Shown in pieces: positions 39,932 through 52,800 of a stretch of 64,000 nt of DNA (position 1 is its first letter; each line of letters begins with the position of its first letter). Made by a program: the position numbers and the translations under genes. The stretch is from the NCBI RefSeq assembly GCF_036321535.1, contig NC_087437.1, positions 83,826,001-83,890,000 on the forward strand, given 5' to 3'. A model generated the notes under the pieces. The model was not told the DNA's origin, did no database searches, and was given only the letters and a program-made list of their open reading frames with translations. Origin of the DNA: Camelus dromedarius (taxonomy: Eukaryota).

Positions 39932-40336
39932 GCATCACTCTATTTTTCTTGTAAATACAGTATATATAGTATAGGGAAGAAAAAAACACCAAACTTAGTT
40001 CCAGTTTTGAATATCTGGTTACTTATTTAATGTACTCTTGTTTCCTTAAACATCTATTACCTTTCTTCTACTTCCTTGTCTGCCTCAGGTTATTTTCATT
40101 GTTTCTTGCTGGGCCCATCTGGTTTAGTTTATGCTAAACTGGTGGTTAGAAAACAGATTAATAAATACCTCAGGAGCATCTTTTTCTTTTGCATTTCAGT
40201 ACTAAAAGTCCTGCAGCGAATCTTAAGGTTGCTCAGCATAAGTCATTGGTCCAGGTGTCTGGATCCAGGTTTCTGCATCTGTCTACATTATTTTCAGTCT
40301 AGTATCAGCTGCCTCAGCTCTCCCTTCCCAGCTAGG

Positions 40337-40487
40337 GTAGTTTCTCAAATTCTTTGTGCAAAAGAACAACCTGGGAGAGCTTGCTAAAATGCATTTGTGC
40401 TTAGCCCTGCCCTGGACCTTCTGAGTCTGAGTAAGGATGGAACATTCTAATGCAGATGGTCCTTAGACCTCTCTTTGAGAAACCACA
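40337..40487. mobile_element. MER5-like hAT-Charlie MITE
   Basis: Inverted ends gtagtttctcaaa ... tttgagaaaccac; internal acctgggagagcttgctaaaatgca. Confidence 0.65.
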
Positions 40488-41327
40488 TGACCTTTAGAAA
40501 TAGCCCTAAAGCAGCACTCTGGTTTATAATTTCCTCACCGAAATCCTTTCTGTCCCCTGGGGGGTTATATAGATTGAAAAGTCCCTTATTACTTCAGCTT
40601 AATTTGAAATGGAAGAAGAGTTTAAATAGTTAAACAACTTGCCTCACGTATTATCTCTATACTGTGGTTAATTAGAGAACATCCCTTTCTTGTTAATTCA
40701 GCGTCTCATGACAGAGAAACTGTCTTGACAAAGTAGTCTGCAATTTGGAGGTGGAGGTGGAGGTGGGCGTTGGGGAGAAGAAGGTGGCAATTATCAAACC
40801 AACTATACTGGTAATTACAGCTTGCTTGGGAAGAGATCCTTCAAATGAGTATAACCTTGTAGTCAGCTCAAGGATTTCATACATATTCTACAAGTTAAGG
40901 AGCTGATTTTCTTTTTTAGTGTTACTGAATTGTAAATTGATTTGTTATATGTTAAATGACAGTCCCTACAAGAAAGAATAAGAATTCCTTAATATTTCTA
41001 TGGCTAATGCTCCACTAAATAAAACTAACTAACGTTTTGGAGCCACTGTGAGTGGTAAATAATTAGATTATCATCAATCATCTTGTATTTTTAGCATATT
41101 CATTCTGTTGTTTTCCAGAAAGCAGAATTAGGAAAAAGGTAGAATCATTTAATGAGAAGCAGGTGCAACTTCCATTAACAAACCTAGAAACCAGATGAAA
41201 AGTCTTAGTGCTGAAAGGTTGGAAGTGTATTTCTTTGGTTTTCTCAACTCAATGGATAGAAGTTTAAAACTAATTCTTTACGTGCTGAAACAATAGAAAA
41301 TAATGGATGAGTCACTGAACTACTTAC

Positions 41328-41398
41328 AATGCCCATTCTGCAAGTCCTTTCTTCTCTTCTCCTCTGACTTCATTTTGGCTTTTATGTACCATTGACAC
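41328..41398 (-). CDS. EPHA6: EPHA6 coding exon, juxtamembrane 1: (R)CQWYIKAKMKSEEKRRKDLQNGH(L)
   Basis: 71 nt, translated by hand (not in the ORF track). Acceptor cctttcttaaag|G, donor CATT|gtaagt. Phase 2 in, phase 1 out, fitting both neighbouring exons. Confidence 0.96.
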
Positions 41399-44300
41399 CT
41401 TTAAGAAAGGTAAACAGACTCTTAAGAATTATGCTGGATACCAACCGAAACCAATTAAAATGCATTTCACCCATGGGCAAAGCTCTTATCATAAAGACCA
41501 CTTTTAAGAACACCCTTGTAACATGTGAAAATACTCCACAGAAGGTTTTATTTTTATATCAAAATTAGCCCCACATAAGAGTAAAATACTCCCAAGTGGA
41601 CTTATTGATCCAAATGATAGGAATCTTAGAAAATATTTAATAACCAGCAATAACCATCAAGTTCTTCCTTATTGGCTTCTAATAGCTAGTCAATGAAAAG
41701 CATTAAAAGTCAAAATGGAAAAATTATTTTTGATTCAGAATCTCAGAAATTTAGACAACTCTATTCCAGTTTCAGTGCTAAACAGCATGTTGTTTTTGTT
41801 TGTTTTTAATATCAGAGATGTAGTAGAGGCATGTTCTGTTCTCTCTTGGAAAAATCGTGCTTTGAAGAACAGAGGTAGGTGCTTATCTCCTAAGACTTCT
41901 TTGACATGAAAAATTCACTAATATCCATATGATTTGATAGTTCATCAAACTGCTAACTCCAAATGATTAAATGGAATACATCTGTGGTGCACAATCCAAT
42001 CTTTCAATGTGAATTTGGCCTCAAGTCCTATGACATAATTTCCAATGAATGCTCCCCTAGCAAAGTGTTTAAGAGGTGCTTCAAAATCAATTTTTTTAAC
42101 TTATGTAATTGAAATTGTTTTCTCCAGTTAAAGCAGTTTCTGATGTCATATAAATTGGCAAACATAGAAATTCAAAGCTGAAAATAATCTAGTATAATTT
42201 TTTCATCATTATTAAATTCTCTTTTTAAGTGGTATTCAAATTCTGTTTCAGGAATCCCAAATAAAGATAACAGATGAGCCTCTCTCTCAAGTTTATTAGG
42301 CCAATCTTATTTAGCCTACAATGACTATAAGATCTTCTTTTAAGTTTGTCAGATTTATGTGTTAAGGCAATATTTTCTGATATTTTAATGAAATGCTTTT
42401 CCATATATGTATGTCCTATTTAAATCACTGTTCACTGAAATACTCTGAGGAAATAAGGCCTTAACTCATGTTCTACAGATACATAAAATATAACTCAAAA
42501 GTTACATCCAATTTTGCTATGCATTGAATCATTATTGAATAAAATATCATTTGAATCAATTTCCATTATGTACTTAGAGGCTCTTTTTAAAATTGTTGAT
42601 AAATATTACACTGCTGTTTAAATGAAATCATACTTAAGAAAATTCTCCAAACTTCTTCAAAGAAACTTTCAAATAAGAAAATAAGAATCTTTCCGAATGA
42701 AATTAATCATCACATCTAAATTATCACAGCCTAGTTAACATGACATAATTTGGGTCTTTGGAGTTAAGATCACCTTATAGGACCTTATCATACTTAAATA
42801 ATTAAACAAACTTTCTGGGCTCCAAACTGATTGTCTTTATCCATGCAAAGCATAGTATTATCAAGATATCAATGTCCCCAAATTCACACTGCATGGGCAG
42901 TACCCATGTTATAAATGGCAATGAAAATACAGTTTTTCTCCATAACATTTTTATAATGGTCGACTAAACTTATTGCAACCCATAAAGTGTTGGTATTTTA
43001 ATTTTTTTTACCTGTCCAAATTGTCATTGTGACTTCACATGCACCAAAATTCTTTTATTCTCTTCTTTCCTTCCTTTTACCAGACTTAGATCTTTAATTC
43101 TCTCAGTGAAATTTTCTTCTTTTTTCCTTTCCTAGCCATTACTGTCTTTTAGTCCCCTCTGCTTGCAAGAGAGTTCTAGATAGAATCAGAACTTCAGCTT
43201 TTTTTTTTTTTTTAAGCAAAGAAGCTTATTCTTCCACCAGTACTTTTGCTTGTTTATTTTATAAGCTGTCCCCTGTTAGTGATTAAGGTTTTTATAGGTC
43301 ATATCTGGTATTTGTAGGCTATGGTATTGAATATGGTGTTTTCAAACTAATTGTGGGTTAGTTTAGAGACTTCAAAATTTGTTTCCTGTCCACTGGAAAA
43401 GATGGTAGTATCAAAGCTGTAATGATGGCTAAGAGCTGTCAGAGAGAGGTTAGGTCTAGGTTCAAGGAGAGGAACAGGAGAGTGCTGAGCAGCAGTATCT
43501 GATTGTGGTACCACAACAGGCCCAACCAACAGGAAGACTTCAACATTATTTCCTGCATTCTTAATCAATTTTTTTTTCTTAGTATAGCTAGCATTCTTCT
43601 ATCAGCTAATCAGCCTCCTAAAGCAGGAGACTCAGACACTCTCCATTAATTGAAAGAGTAATACTGTCTATTTATACACTTGAAAATTTTAAGTAAACAT
43701 AGGGGTAAATGTGCCCCTTTTACAACTGATTTCATGAGGAAGTCACCATTTCAATGTAACCACATTAGAATATTCATGTATTTCTTTGTTCCTTGATAAA
43801 TCTTGTAAAAGTGGATTTGTTACAACTAAATCTGATACTTTTAACAGGTAGGTAACAGTTAAATTTCCTCAGGGACCAACACTGGATAAGTGCCTTTCTA
43901 AGTATTTATCAATTTATTGGTCTATACTTTTAGTCTGCTGTCAACACTTCAGATAATATTTTTCCATATATGCATAACTTCTATAATTTTGTAATAAATT
44001 TTAATAAAATATTGGTATGTAAGAATTCAAAAAATGAATAAAACAAAGGGTGTTCATAGTTCATTGAACTATTGGCCCTGAGGTAGCTATATGTTATTTC
44101 TGGTAATTACCAAATATCAGGGTGTACTAGAGTCAATTAGGATGTGTACTATTTGGCTGGCACTGTTACCACAGTTTTAAATCATGATACTGATATTTTT
44201 TGCAGTATGTGTGTTTCAGATTATGAAGGAAACTCTCAAGATATTTTGTGCCACTGTTGATCATCTAAATGGAATGTTTTCCCCTTACAGCATTGAGAAT

Positions 44301-45102
44301 ATGAAGATTTCACAATTTCTGACAAAAGTCTGGGCCAAATAACAAGGGCTAAATAAAAAATAAAACTAATTCTTTTAAATAATTTCATACACACTTTCTT
44401 CATTCATATCTCTGTATTGTCACAGCTGGCTCATGGTAATAGTCTAATATACTTAAAAGTCAATAAATATTTTAACGCGTTGTCACACCAAACTGTGTAA
44501 AAATAAAAATCTAAGGTTTAGAGGGACAAAGCACTTTCACCAGCTGGTCGGGATTCAAACTGAAGTCTTTTGCTCAGTTAATTTATTGGTATTTTAAATT
44601 TTTATCCATATTACTCTTAAGTGGAGAAGTAACTTGATTTATAAAACCAATAATACAATTGTAATATAGATACTTTCAATATTTAATGGCTAAAATAAAA
44701 CATTTCTATAACACTGTATTTATAAAACACTTTAATATAAATTGTTCAGTATCTCTGTTGAAATACTTTTTTCCAAGCAAAATTCCCTTTGTGAGAGAAT
44801 GTGACTGTAGCAAAGAAAAAAATTCAGAAGTAACTTAGTACGTAGGATTTTATCATTCATCATTTTCAAAGTGTTTTTATCAAGTCTCTGGTTGCTTCCA
44901 TATTCAGGGACCTGCTAACACAGAGAACCAGCCATAGTGGTTCTGTTGCCACATAAAGTTCACTGTCAGAGAGGAATCTGCCCTGATCCTTTTTTTTCCC
45001 ACAGGTACACTTTGTTAAGTTTAAAAGCCCTTGAATACACAGTGTATATAAAAAGAATGGCTATTCACAAATCTTAGAAATGATCTGGTGTGCTTCCGTT
45101 AC

Positions 45103-45211
45103 CTCCCAGTGATTAGGAAGAACAAAGTGAGAATGACGAGGAGAGTGAATCCTCCCACAGCCGCGGTGGCTATCACGAGTATCTGCCCCTGTTCTGCCGC
45201 CATGTCCGAAG
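45103..45211 (-). CDS. EPHA6: EPHA6 coding exon, transmembrane helix (exon 8 by recalled human numbering): SDMAAEQGQILVIATAAVGGFTLLVILTLFFLITG(R)
   Basis: 109 nt. Acceptor gtgtttcag|CT (AG at 45212-45213), donor GGGAG|gtaacg (GT at 45101-45102). Phase 1 in, phase 2 out. Hydrophobic TM stretch matches EphA6 as recalled. Confidence 0.97.
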
Positions 45212-45570
45212 CTGAAACACAGAAACAACACGCGCATTTCCCTGGGTGATATTTCACCACCACAGTTATTTTACAACTTAGTACATGCTTGAAAGCATGG
45301 TAATGGATTCCAAAACCCCCACCATATATGCCCTTTATCTGCTGTCTTAAGATGCAAACCCAAAATGAGGGCTGAAGATTGAGGTCATAACCCACAGCAT
45401 AACCTTTCCTTTTTTTTTTTCTTTTTTCACAAAAATACCAAGAAAGTAGATGGATTCTTAGTACCCTTCGTTTTAAGATTAGGTATGTTTTGCAAACTTA
45501 GATTGGCAGATGGACTAAAGGAATTTGTTTATATAGTTGCTGAATTATTTCCTTAAATGGTTTTGCCAAC

Positions 45571-46001
45571 TGTTGGGCCGAACACTGTAAGCCTGCTAAC
45601 CTTGTAATTGCCCAACTGAGAGACCAAAGAAAGAGTCAGGGGACAGAGACATCAATAGTCTATTGTTAGGGAATCTTACAAATCTGAAGCAGTCCTGGAG
45701 TGACACGCCACCCCGTAAGGCAGACAGCAGGCAGGATGCAGCAGCCTTCACTGCAAGGCCAGGAGGTGGGGGTGGGGTGTGGTTACCATTTATAGGGGGA
45801 ATTGATGGCAGGTTGGCTCATCAGTTACCAGGGAAACCAGCAGCTGGGGCAGGGGCAAGCACATGGGCAGTTACTGATTAAGCCCAATAATAAAGAGGAT
45901 TGGGTAGTCACATAAGTAGGGTGTAGGGAAAGCAGGGACTGGTTGAGCAGGGGATGTCCAGAGAGCAAGAGAACAGCTGTCCTGAGTGTCCTGATCATAT
46001 G
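45571..46001 (-). mobile_element. ERV solo LTR in sense orientation to EPHA6 (class uncertain)
   Basis: Minus strand shows CCAAT (45899-45903), TATAAA (45789-45794), AATAGA at the poly(A)-signal position (45659-45664), a pyrimidine-rich U5 and a ...CCCAACA end. GC-rich island in AT-rich intron. Confidence 0.8.
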
Positions 46002-47758
46002 CCAGTGAGCCAGGCTTTACACATAGTTTTGATGCCTGTATTCACAAAGTGGAAAATTACTGCATAATTTGTTTTAAGAATGAACTTCTTTAAACTTCAT
46101 AGAGCTTAATTCAAACGTCAGTTATGAATTCACCCTCTGCAGCACAAGGTTGTACACAGTAGGTGCTTAGATGTTTGACTGGCAATCATTTAAAAACTGA
46201 CATTTAAAACCTTCCTTGTTTGAAGAAAAGTACCGACTATGGTTGGTAATAGCATATTACTTCTCTCACTGACAAAACTATCAAAACATGTGCTTGCTGC
46301 ATGTTTCACTAACCGGCCAGGAATCTTCTAAAAATATCTTAGCTTATTTAATTCATTAATACTTTTTGTTCTCTGTATTACTGAAGTTTTCATGAGATAT
46401 ACTTTTATGGGATGGGATATGGACGATTGCCTAATAATAGAGTTAAGGAAACTGAAGCCCAGAGAAGTTAAAGAACTTGACCCAGCTTACACATGACCAT
46501 CACCAGAAACCAGGCTTTAGATTTTTATTTCATTTCTCCTTCCAATGCTATAACTCGCTATAATAATTCAGTTAATTATCAATATTACAAACTATTAAAT
46601 TAATCAGTACCTCCACTATCCCTTAACCTGAATAAAGCTTGACTTCTATTTTGATTACTATCAAAACATTAATCTAATCACTTGTAAGTAGCAAACTGAA
46701 TCAAAGAAAGAATATAACTGAAAAGCAAACCACTTAATTCTCTACCATAATAATTTAAATTTATTATACCTGAATACTTTCAGGCTTCCACAGAAGTAGC
46801 TCTTTTTTCTGGGAATCAAGTATGTAGTATACTATGTGCAAATTAATATACAGAGTAATAACTTTCTCATAAAAATGACATATCTACTAGAGAATGTCTA
46901 AACCTTAAACACTATTGTTGAGTCAGTAAGAAACAAGTTACAGCATTTAAGAGGCTTTTTAGGAAATCTAAATGTAAATAAAAATAAGTCACTTATGTCC
47001 AGTTTTTAGTAAGAAATTTACTAAACATTGAAATTAGATTTTGGTCACTCTGATTAAATCAAGGTATTTCAGGCAATCTATTTCAGTGTTGAGTTGTAGC
47101 TCATAATCTGTGCAGAGACAAGATAAATAGTTACATTTTACCCAATAAATAATGTACTGAAGATTTTTTATTTGGCCCGCACTGGATTTCCTAATCTTCC
47201 AAATAGCACTGATATCATGGGAATTAATGTGTGCTCTAAAATGTCACATTTTCTCATTGAAAATTATTGAATAGCAAATTTTAAGGAATACATGTTATAG
47301 GAAACAACATTAACTTTTTGAATTTAAAGAAGGCGGCATTTAAAAAGAAAACATTATTTACTTACCAATTGTTACATTTATAAAATATATAATATAGTTC
47401 AAGAGTTTTAAACCTAGAGCATGTTATTTTCACAGTAGCCAGGTAGCAAGTGATTTATTGAGACCATGTATTCAAAGCTCAGATGGAGAAGATTATGTAA
47501 TTGGGTGCCTTTGGAAAATCAGATTACTTTGTTATAGAAAATTGTGTTGTTTAACTTAAATAATTGCCTAGTAAACTGCCAGCTCTACTAATACATCTTC
47601 TTTTTCGCTCGTGTGATTACATGCTTATGAACTTTGCTTCAATTAAAATTTTAATTGGATAACAATATTAAGTTGTGACATTTTGAAAAATGCCTATTTT
47701 GCATAATTGTTTCTTAAACCTCTGTACTAGGAATTCTAAATACTCTTCTGTTGAGAAT

Positions 47759-47790
47759 TATATATATATATGTGTGTGTGTGTATGTATG

Positions 47791-47823
<33 letters not shown>
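47759..47823. repeat. Compound (TA)n(TG)n(TATG)n(TA)n microsatellite
   Basis: Direct read. Confidence 0.95.
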
Positions 47824-48849
47824 GCAATAAGTCATTTGAAAATAAGAGTATAAAATGTGATGCACTGTTACACTAGGAGTAAAATTCTATGGATGATGGG
47901 GCTGGGATGATTATGTAAATATTGTGAATCTCTTCATCCTCATCAACAAAAGCCACTATGTATTTAATAGTAAACTACCCCTAGAATTATGCTTAGTGCT
48001 TCAAAGTCATTATCAAATTTATCTGCACAACAATCTTAATAGGTAGGTACTATCATTATTCCTAGTTTAAGTGGTTGTGTTACTTGTCTGAGGTCACACG
48101 TCTTGTACACAAGAAAACTGGCCACTCAGCCCTGATTTGTCAGGCTCTAAGCCCATACTTTTGTCACTATCTTGCACCCTCTTCACTAACATCATAACTG
48201 GCCAGGGGCTGTTTTGTGTGTTCTAGAACAATCATAGCCTTGCTTGACCTTTGTTTCATGTGTGTAAAATGAGAAAGTTGAACTAAATATCCTTAGCACA
48301 ACCTTTCAGAGCAGTTTTACTATGATATTGGCTTATTCATTCAGCAATCAAACACTGGGAAGAACAAGGTTTGCCATAAAGAAATAAGAGGAAAATTCAG
48401 GGTCTGTGCAGAGGCTTTTGGTCCTGACAGAGAGAATTTTGGCCTTTTGATTGTATTCATGTTGGTCAGTTACAGGGCTCCGACTTTATCTCAGGAGAGA
48501 GTCCAAAGCCCTTAACTTTGTTAACAAGACTCTCTAGAAATGGCTCCAGCATACATCTCCAGATTCTTCTCTTATCATTCTCTATGCTACATTTTTCCTA
48601 GTTCCTTCAATGCACCTAACTTTCTCTCACGGTCAATTCCTAGTCAGTCCTCCTACCTAAGCATCACGTCATTTTCCGGTTGTTTAGATTTCGTTAGGTC
48701 CCCAGACACATGTTCCCATAGACCCTTGTACTACTTTTACCCACATATTTCTATCATGTTTTATTGAAATTTCTTAAAAAAAAAAAAGTACTCTGTCTTT
48801 TAATTAGATTGCAAATTCCATGAGGGCGGGGACTGTATTCAACATAGTA

Positions 48850-49187
48850 CGTACAGTGTGTCGAATGATGACATCCCCTCCCTCCTCCACCCAAAAAAAG
48901 GAATTTGTAGGTATAATTAAGGACCTCAATCAATCTGGATCAACCAGGTGGGCCCAAAGCGATGACCAGAGTCCTTATAAGAGACAGGAGAAGAGAAAGA
49001 GGACAAGGCCATGTGAAGACAGATGAAGAATGGAGTTATGTAGCCATAAGCCAAGGAAGGCCTGGAGCCATCAGATGATGGAAGAGGCAAGAAAGGATTC
49101 TCCTCTAGAGCCTGAGGAGAGAGTGTGCTTCTGTTCTAAGACACCTTGTTTGGTAATTTGTTGTACTAGCCCTAGGAAACTAATGCA
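48850..49187 (+). mobile_element. MaLR LTR, MLT1B/C-like, inserted in an L2 tail
   Basis: gtccttataagagac...ggccatgtgaagac...aagccaaggaa...ggaagaggcaagaaaggattctcctctagagcct...gccctaggaaactaatgca. Confidence 0.85.
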
Positions 49188-49770
49188 GAGCCTGATATAT
49201 GGTGGTAGCTCAAGAATGGATTGAATGCATTCATTGACTGCATTCATGTACATTGGATAATTATGATAAAAAAAAAAGTCAGATTAACCCCAGATAATCC
49301 ATACCCTCACCTTCCCCTTGATAACATAGAAATTTTACACTGAAGGTAAGACGTTTTGTATGTGAAGTAAGTCTATCCAACACTATGTTAATCAGAAGAA
49401 TCCAATTCCGTATTCTTGGAGATAATGCTTCTGGGAAGGCAGGGACTACTACAAAGTACAGACTTTTACATTTAATTAGGCTGAGCAGATAAAGCTTAGA
49501 CATATGAATCCAAGGTTGAGAATTTATTACTTCATTCACCAAATGTTTATTGAGCACTTATTACACGGCAGGCACTGGGGCAGACACTGGGGATACAGTG
49601 GTGAACAACAGACTTTCCTCCTGGATTTAAGGCTCAGTGGGGAAGATAAATGATGAACAAATAATTACAAGAGTAAAAACTGTTACAAAAGAGAAACTGC
49701 AGTGTGCTCTGAGAATAAACAGCATCTGGCAGTGAGTCAGCAAAGTGGGAGTTTGGAAATATAACATGTT

Positions 49771-49848
49771 GGAGGGAGAAGAAAGAGGAAGGGGAGGGGA
49801 AGGAGAAGGAGAATGGAAAGGAAGGGGAGAGGAGGGGAGGATGAGGAG
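49771..49848. repeat. Polypurine GA-rich low-complexity tract
   Basis: About 78 nt almost purely G/A (two T interruptions). Confidence 0.9.
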
Positions 49849-52800
49849 CCATTCTTGGTTAGAGGCCTCAAAGACTTGACTAATTGACAGACACTTAGAC
49901 AAACAAACCATAAAATTATCTACCAAATGGATTCCATAAAAATATAGTATAGCTATAAACTCCTCTGTTGTGAAAACTTGCCTGTGGTACCACCTATTAA
50001 TTTTTTTCAACTCTGAGAAGAAGTTTATTTGTAATTAGCTTTGTAGGAGAAAATGTATATATATTTATAATTTACCCACACAAGAACACCATAGAGAGCA
50101 AACCTGTCCTAAAAAGAAACACAGTAAATCCACGGTAAGAAGTAAAATTTATTTGTGACTGGCTCATTGGAAATGTTTCTTTGCTCTATGAAATGAGTCT
50201 GTAGTCTTAGAAAAAGGTAAGTATATTAAAATGATATATTTCATTTTATGGTTTGGAAAGAAGCACACTTCCTTAAGAGGAAGCAATTCTCCAAAAAGAG
50301 TTGCAAAATTGTTGGTGAGCAGGTCTTAGCCCTAGCCAATGCCTGGCATAAGTCATGATGACATTATTAAGAAGGGTTTGCTTTAGTTGTTTATATTTAA
50401 AGAAAAAAAAACTGAAGGTCTTTACTTGGAATCCAAATTCTTAAAAAAATAGATTTCGTGTCTTTAGGAAAGTATGAGGGAAAAGCAATTGGGCTATTTT
50501 TAACCAAAGAATTTTCTTATATGAAGGCATATGATTTTGTCTCCGTGTAATCAAGATTATTCTAGTTTATATTTACATTTCAAAGTAAAATCTGTTATTT
50601 GTATTTTGTGCCATTTTCTATGCAATAGCTTTTTAAAGTTAACTCTTTTCTGTTTGAACATGTTTTTAAAGTTACTGAAACAGCAGTTATATGATTTTTT
50701 TTAATAAAGCATTTCTCAAAATGCTGCCCAGTGAAAAATGGTGGAATGCATTTGTTTCATATTCACATGTTTTATTTATGACTCTCAATTTTAGAGTAAC
50801 TATTAAAATTTCAAATGATATTATCTCATCACTCCACCAAAATAATTTCTTAAAACACAACAGAAATCTCAACAAAGTAATGGATGGACAGTACCTAGTA
50901 AGTTAATCTTAGGGTTTACTGGTAATCAATTCAGGATCTCCTTAGCATTATTTTTTTTTTTCAGGAAAAAAAAATTCCCCCTCTCAGGGTATATATTACA
51001 ATCAGGATTGGTTTGACCTTCTGAAATGAGGCATATATATAAACATGTAGCAGTATACAATGGAGACTCATCAATCTGTAAAATCTCAACACTGTATGGT
51101 CATGTGGACATAGGAGTGTGAGACAGGAATGAAAGCTGAGGAAATACTCCTAGATGAAGATAATCTTGTGACTTTGCAAATAATCTTATACTCTTGGCCA
51201 CCTGGACTTGAACCTGAGGTCATCTTTTATTTTACCTTTCCCTAAAACTCCAGGTCCAGAGTCAGATCTTTATTGTGTCTTCCATTGTCTTTATTACCAC
51301 TGGTATCACCTCTAAGGCTCCAGCCTCACATCATTAGGCTAGTTTAATAATTTTCTATTAGATTGCCTTTCTACAGTGTCTCTTTCTAACTCATCCCCCA
51401 GTATGTGGTCAGATAATTATCTTCAAAATAGTATTTTGAAATATTCAGACTTTCTCATTTCCCTAGAGGGTAAAATCATTCCATCTCAGTAAGTACACCA
51501 TTCTTAGAAGAGTCCAAGTCTGAAACCTTGGACTTAAGCCCTCACACAATTCAGGTGGTTTGTCCCTGCATTTCAAAGTATTTCTTAGATTCATTCCCAT
51601 TCTCTCCCACCCCCACAGGGATTTTCCTGGTTCAGATACTCATGTTATCACATGTATTTGAATTCGGCTAGATAGCAACTTCAATTATGTGGAATGCAGT
51701 GGAGCAGTGGTAAACAAGACAGACAAAAAGAGCCTCTGAAGAGAACATTTGACAGGTGTTCACGTACTAAAGAACGCAGGGTTTACTCGTAGAACAGCCG
51801 CAGTGCCTCACACTCTTACTTCAGACATGTTTATTGATTTCCAAGCTCACAAAGCAGTGTAGTAGATGTAAATTAAATGTTAAGGTCAGGCATGAAATAT
51901 CTAAAGAGAGGGAGCTGAATGGAAGTGCACACTGCTAGGCTGACTGAAAGAAAAAGCAGGAAAACTGAAAATCTCACATAAAGTTTCAAAATATATACTA
52001 CTCTGGAGCCAGGAATTTAGGATCAATAGCCCTATAAAATTCAAGGCACACCGAAGGGCTCACTATGTTAAAACTCAGTACATTAACATGATCATCCAAG
52101 GTCAATTAAAAACTGCTGAGATTATGTCCAATATATTTTATTTAGAAGATAGGAGTTTGTGGATGCATGATTAGAAAAATGTTTCTCTCCAAAATATTTA
52201 AAAATTATAAAAATAACACTTTAAAGGCCAAACCTCTGTCTGAAAACTTCAACTATCAAAAATGGTTCATTTTCTGAAGATTTTCTTTTTTTTTTTTTTT
52301 TTTTTGGCCCATTTCAACTATACCATAGGCTTCTTGAGGACAGAAAGAATATAATTCAACTTTCTGTATCACATGAAGTCAACATAGTCAATCCTTACAC
52401 AGAATAAGGATTAATGAATGTATACTTTCATGAAGAAGAGATAAAGACAGCGTTCTAGATACAAGGATTAAATGCCTCTGACTAAAAAAAAACTTTCATA
52501 TATGATTAGTTTGGTAATAGTAATGCTTAAAAACATCCCAGTGACATAAATAATCTCTTATTCATTTGTATTTTGGTATTTAATAGATTCAGAAATAAAT
52601 TAATAGAAAATAGTGTGAGTTAACTTTTTAATTCAAATATCCCTGCCTAGGCTTTGAATGAAGTAGATATTGAGAGGAAGAGGTACTGGCCTGAAACTGT
52701 ATTAACACGTTCCTTTTACATTCATCCAGTATTTGATTCCATCTGCCAACAGGAAAAATATCTCTAAGACTGGTTTACAAAAGAGAGAGAGGAAGAGAGA

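Noticed and set aside
45212..45395. N-terminal part of ORF 45099..45395 (MGYDLNLQ...)
   Set aside because: Intronic read-through upstream of the real acceptor; only 45103-45211 is EPHA6 coding.
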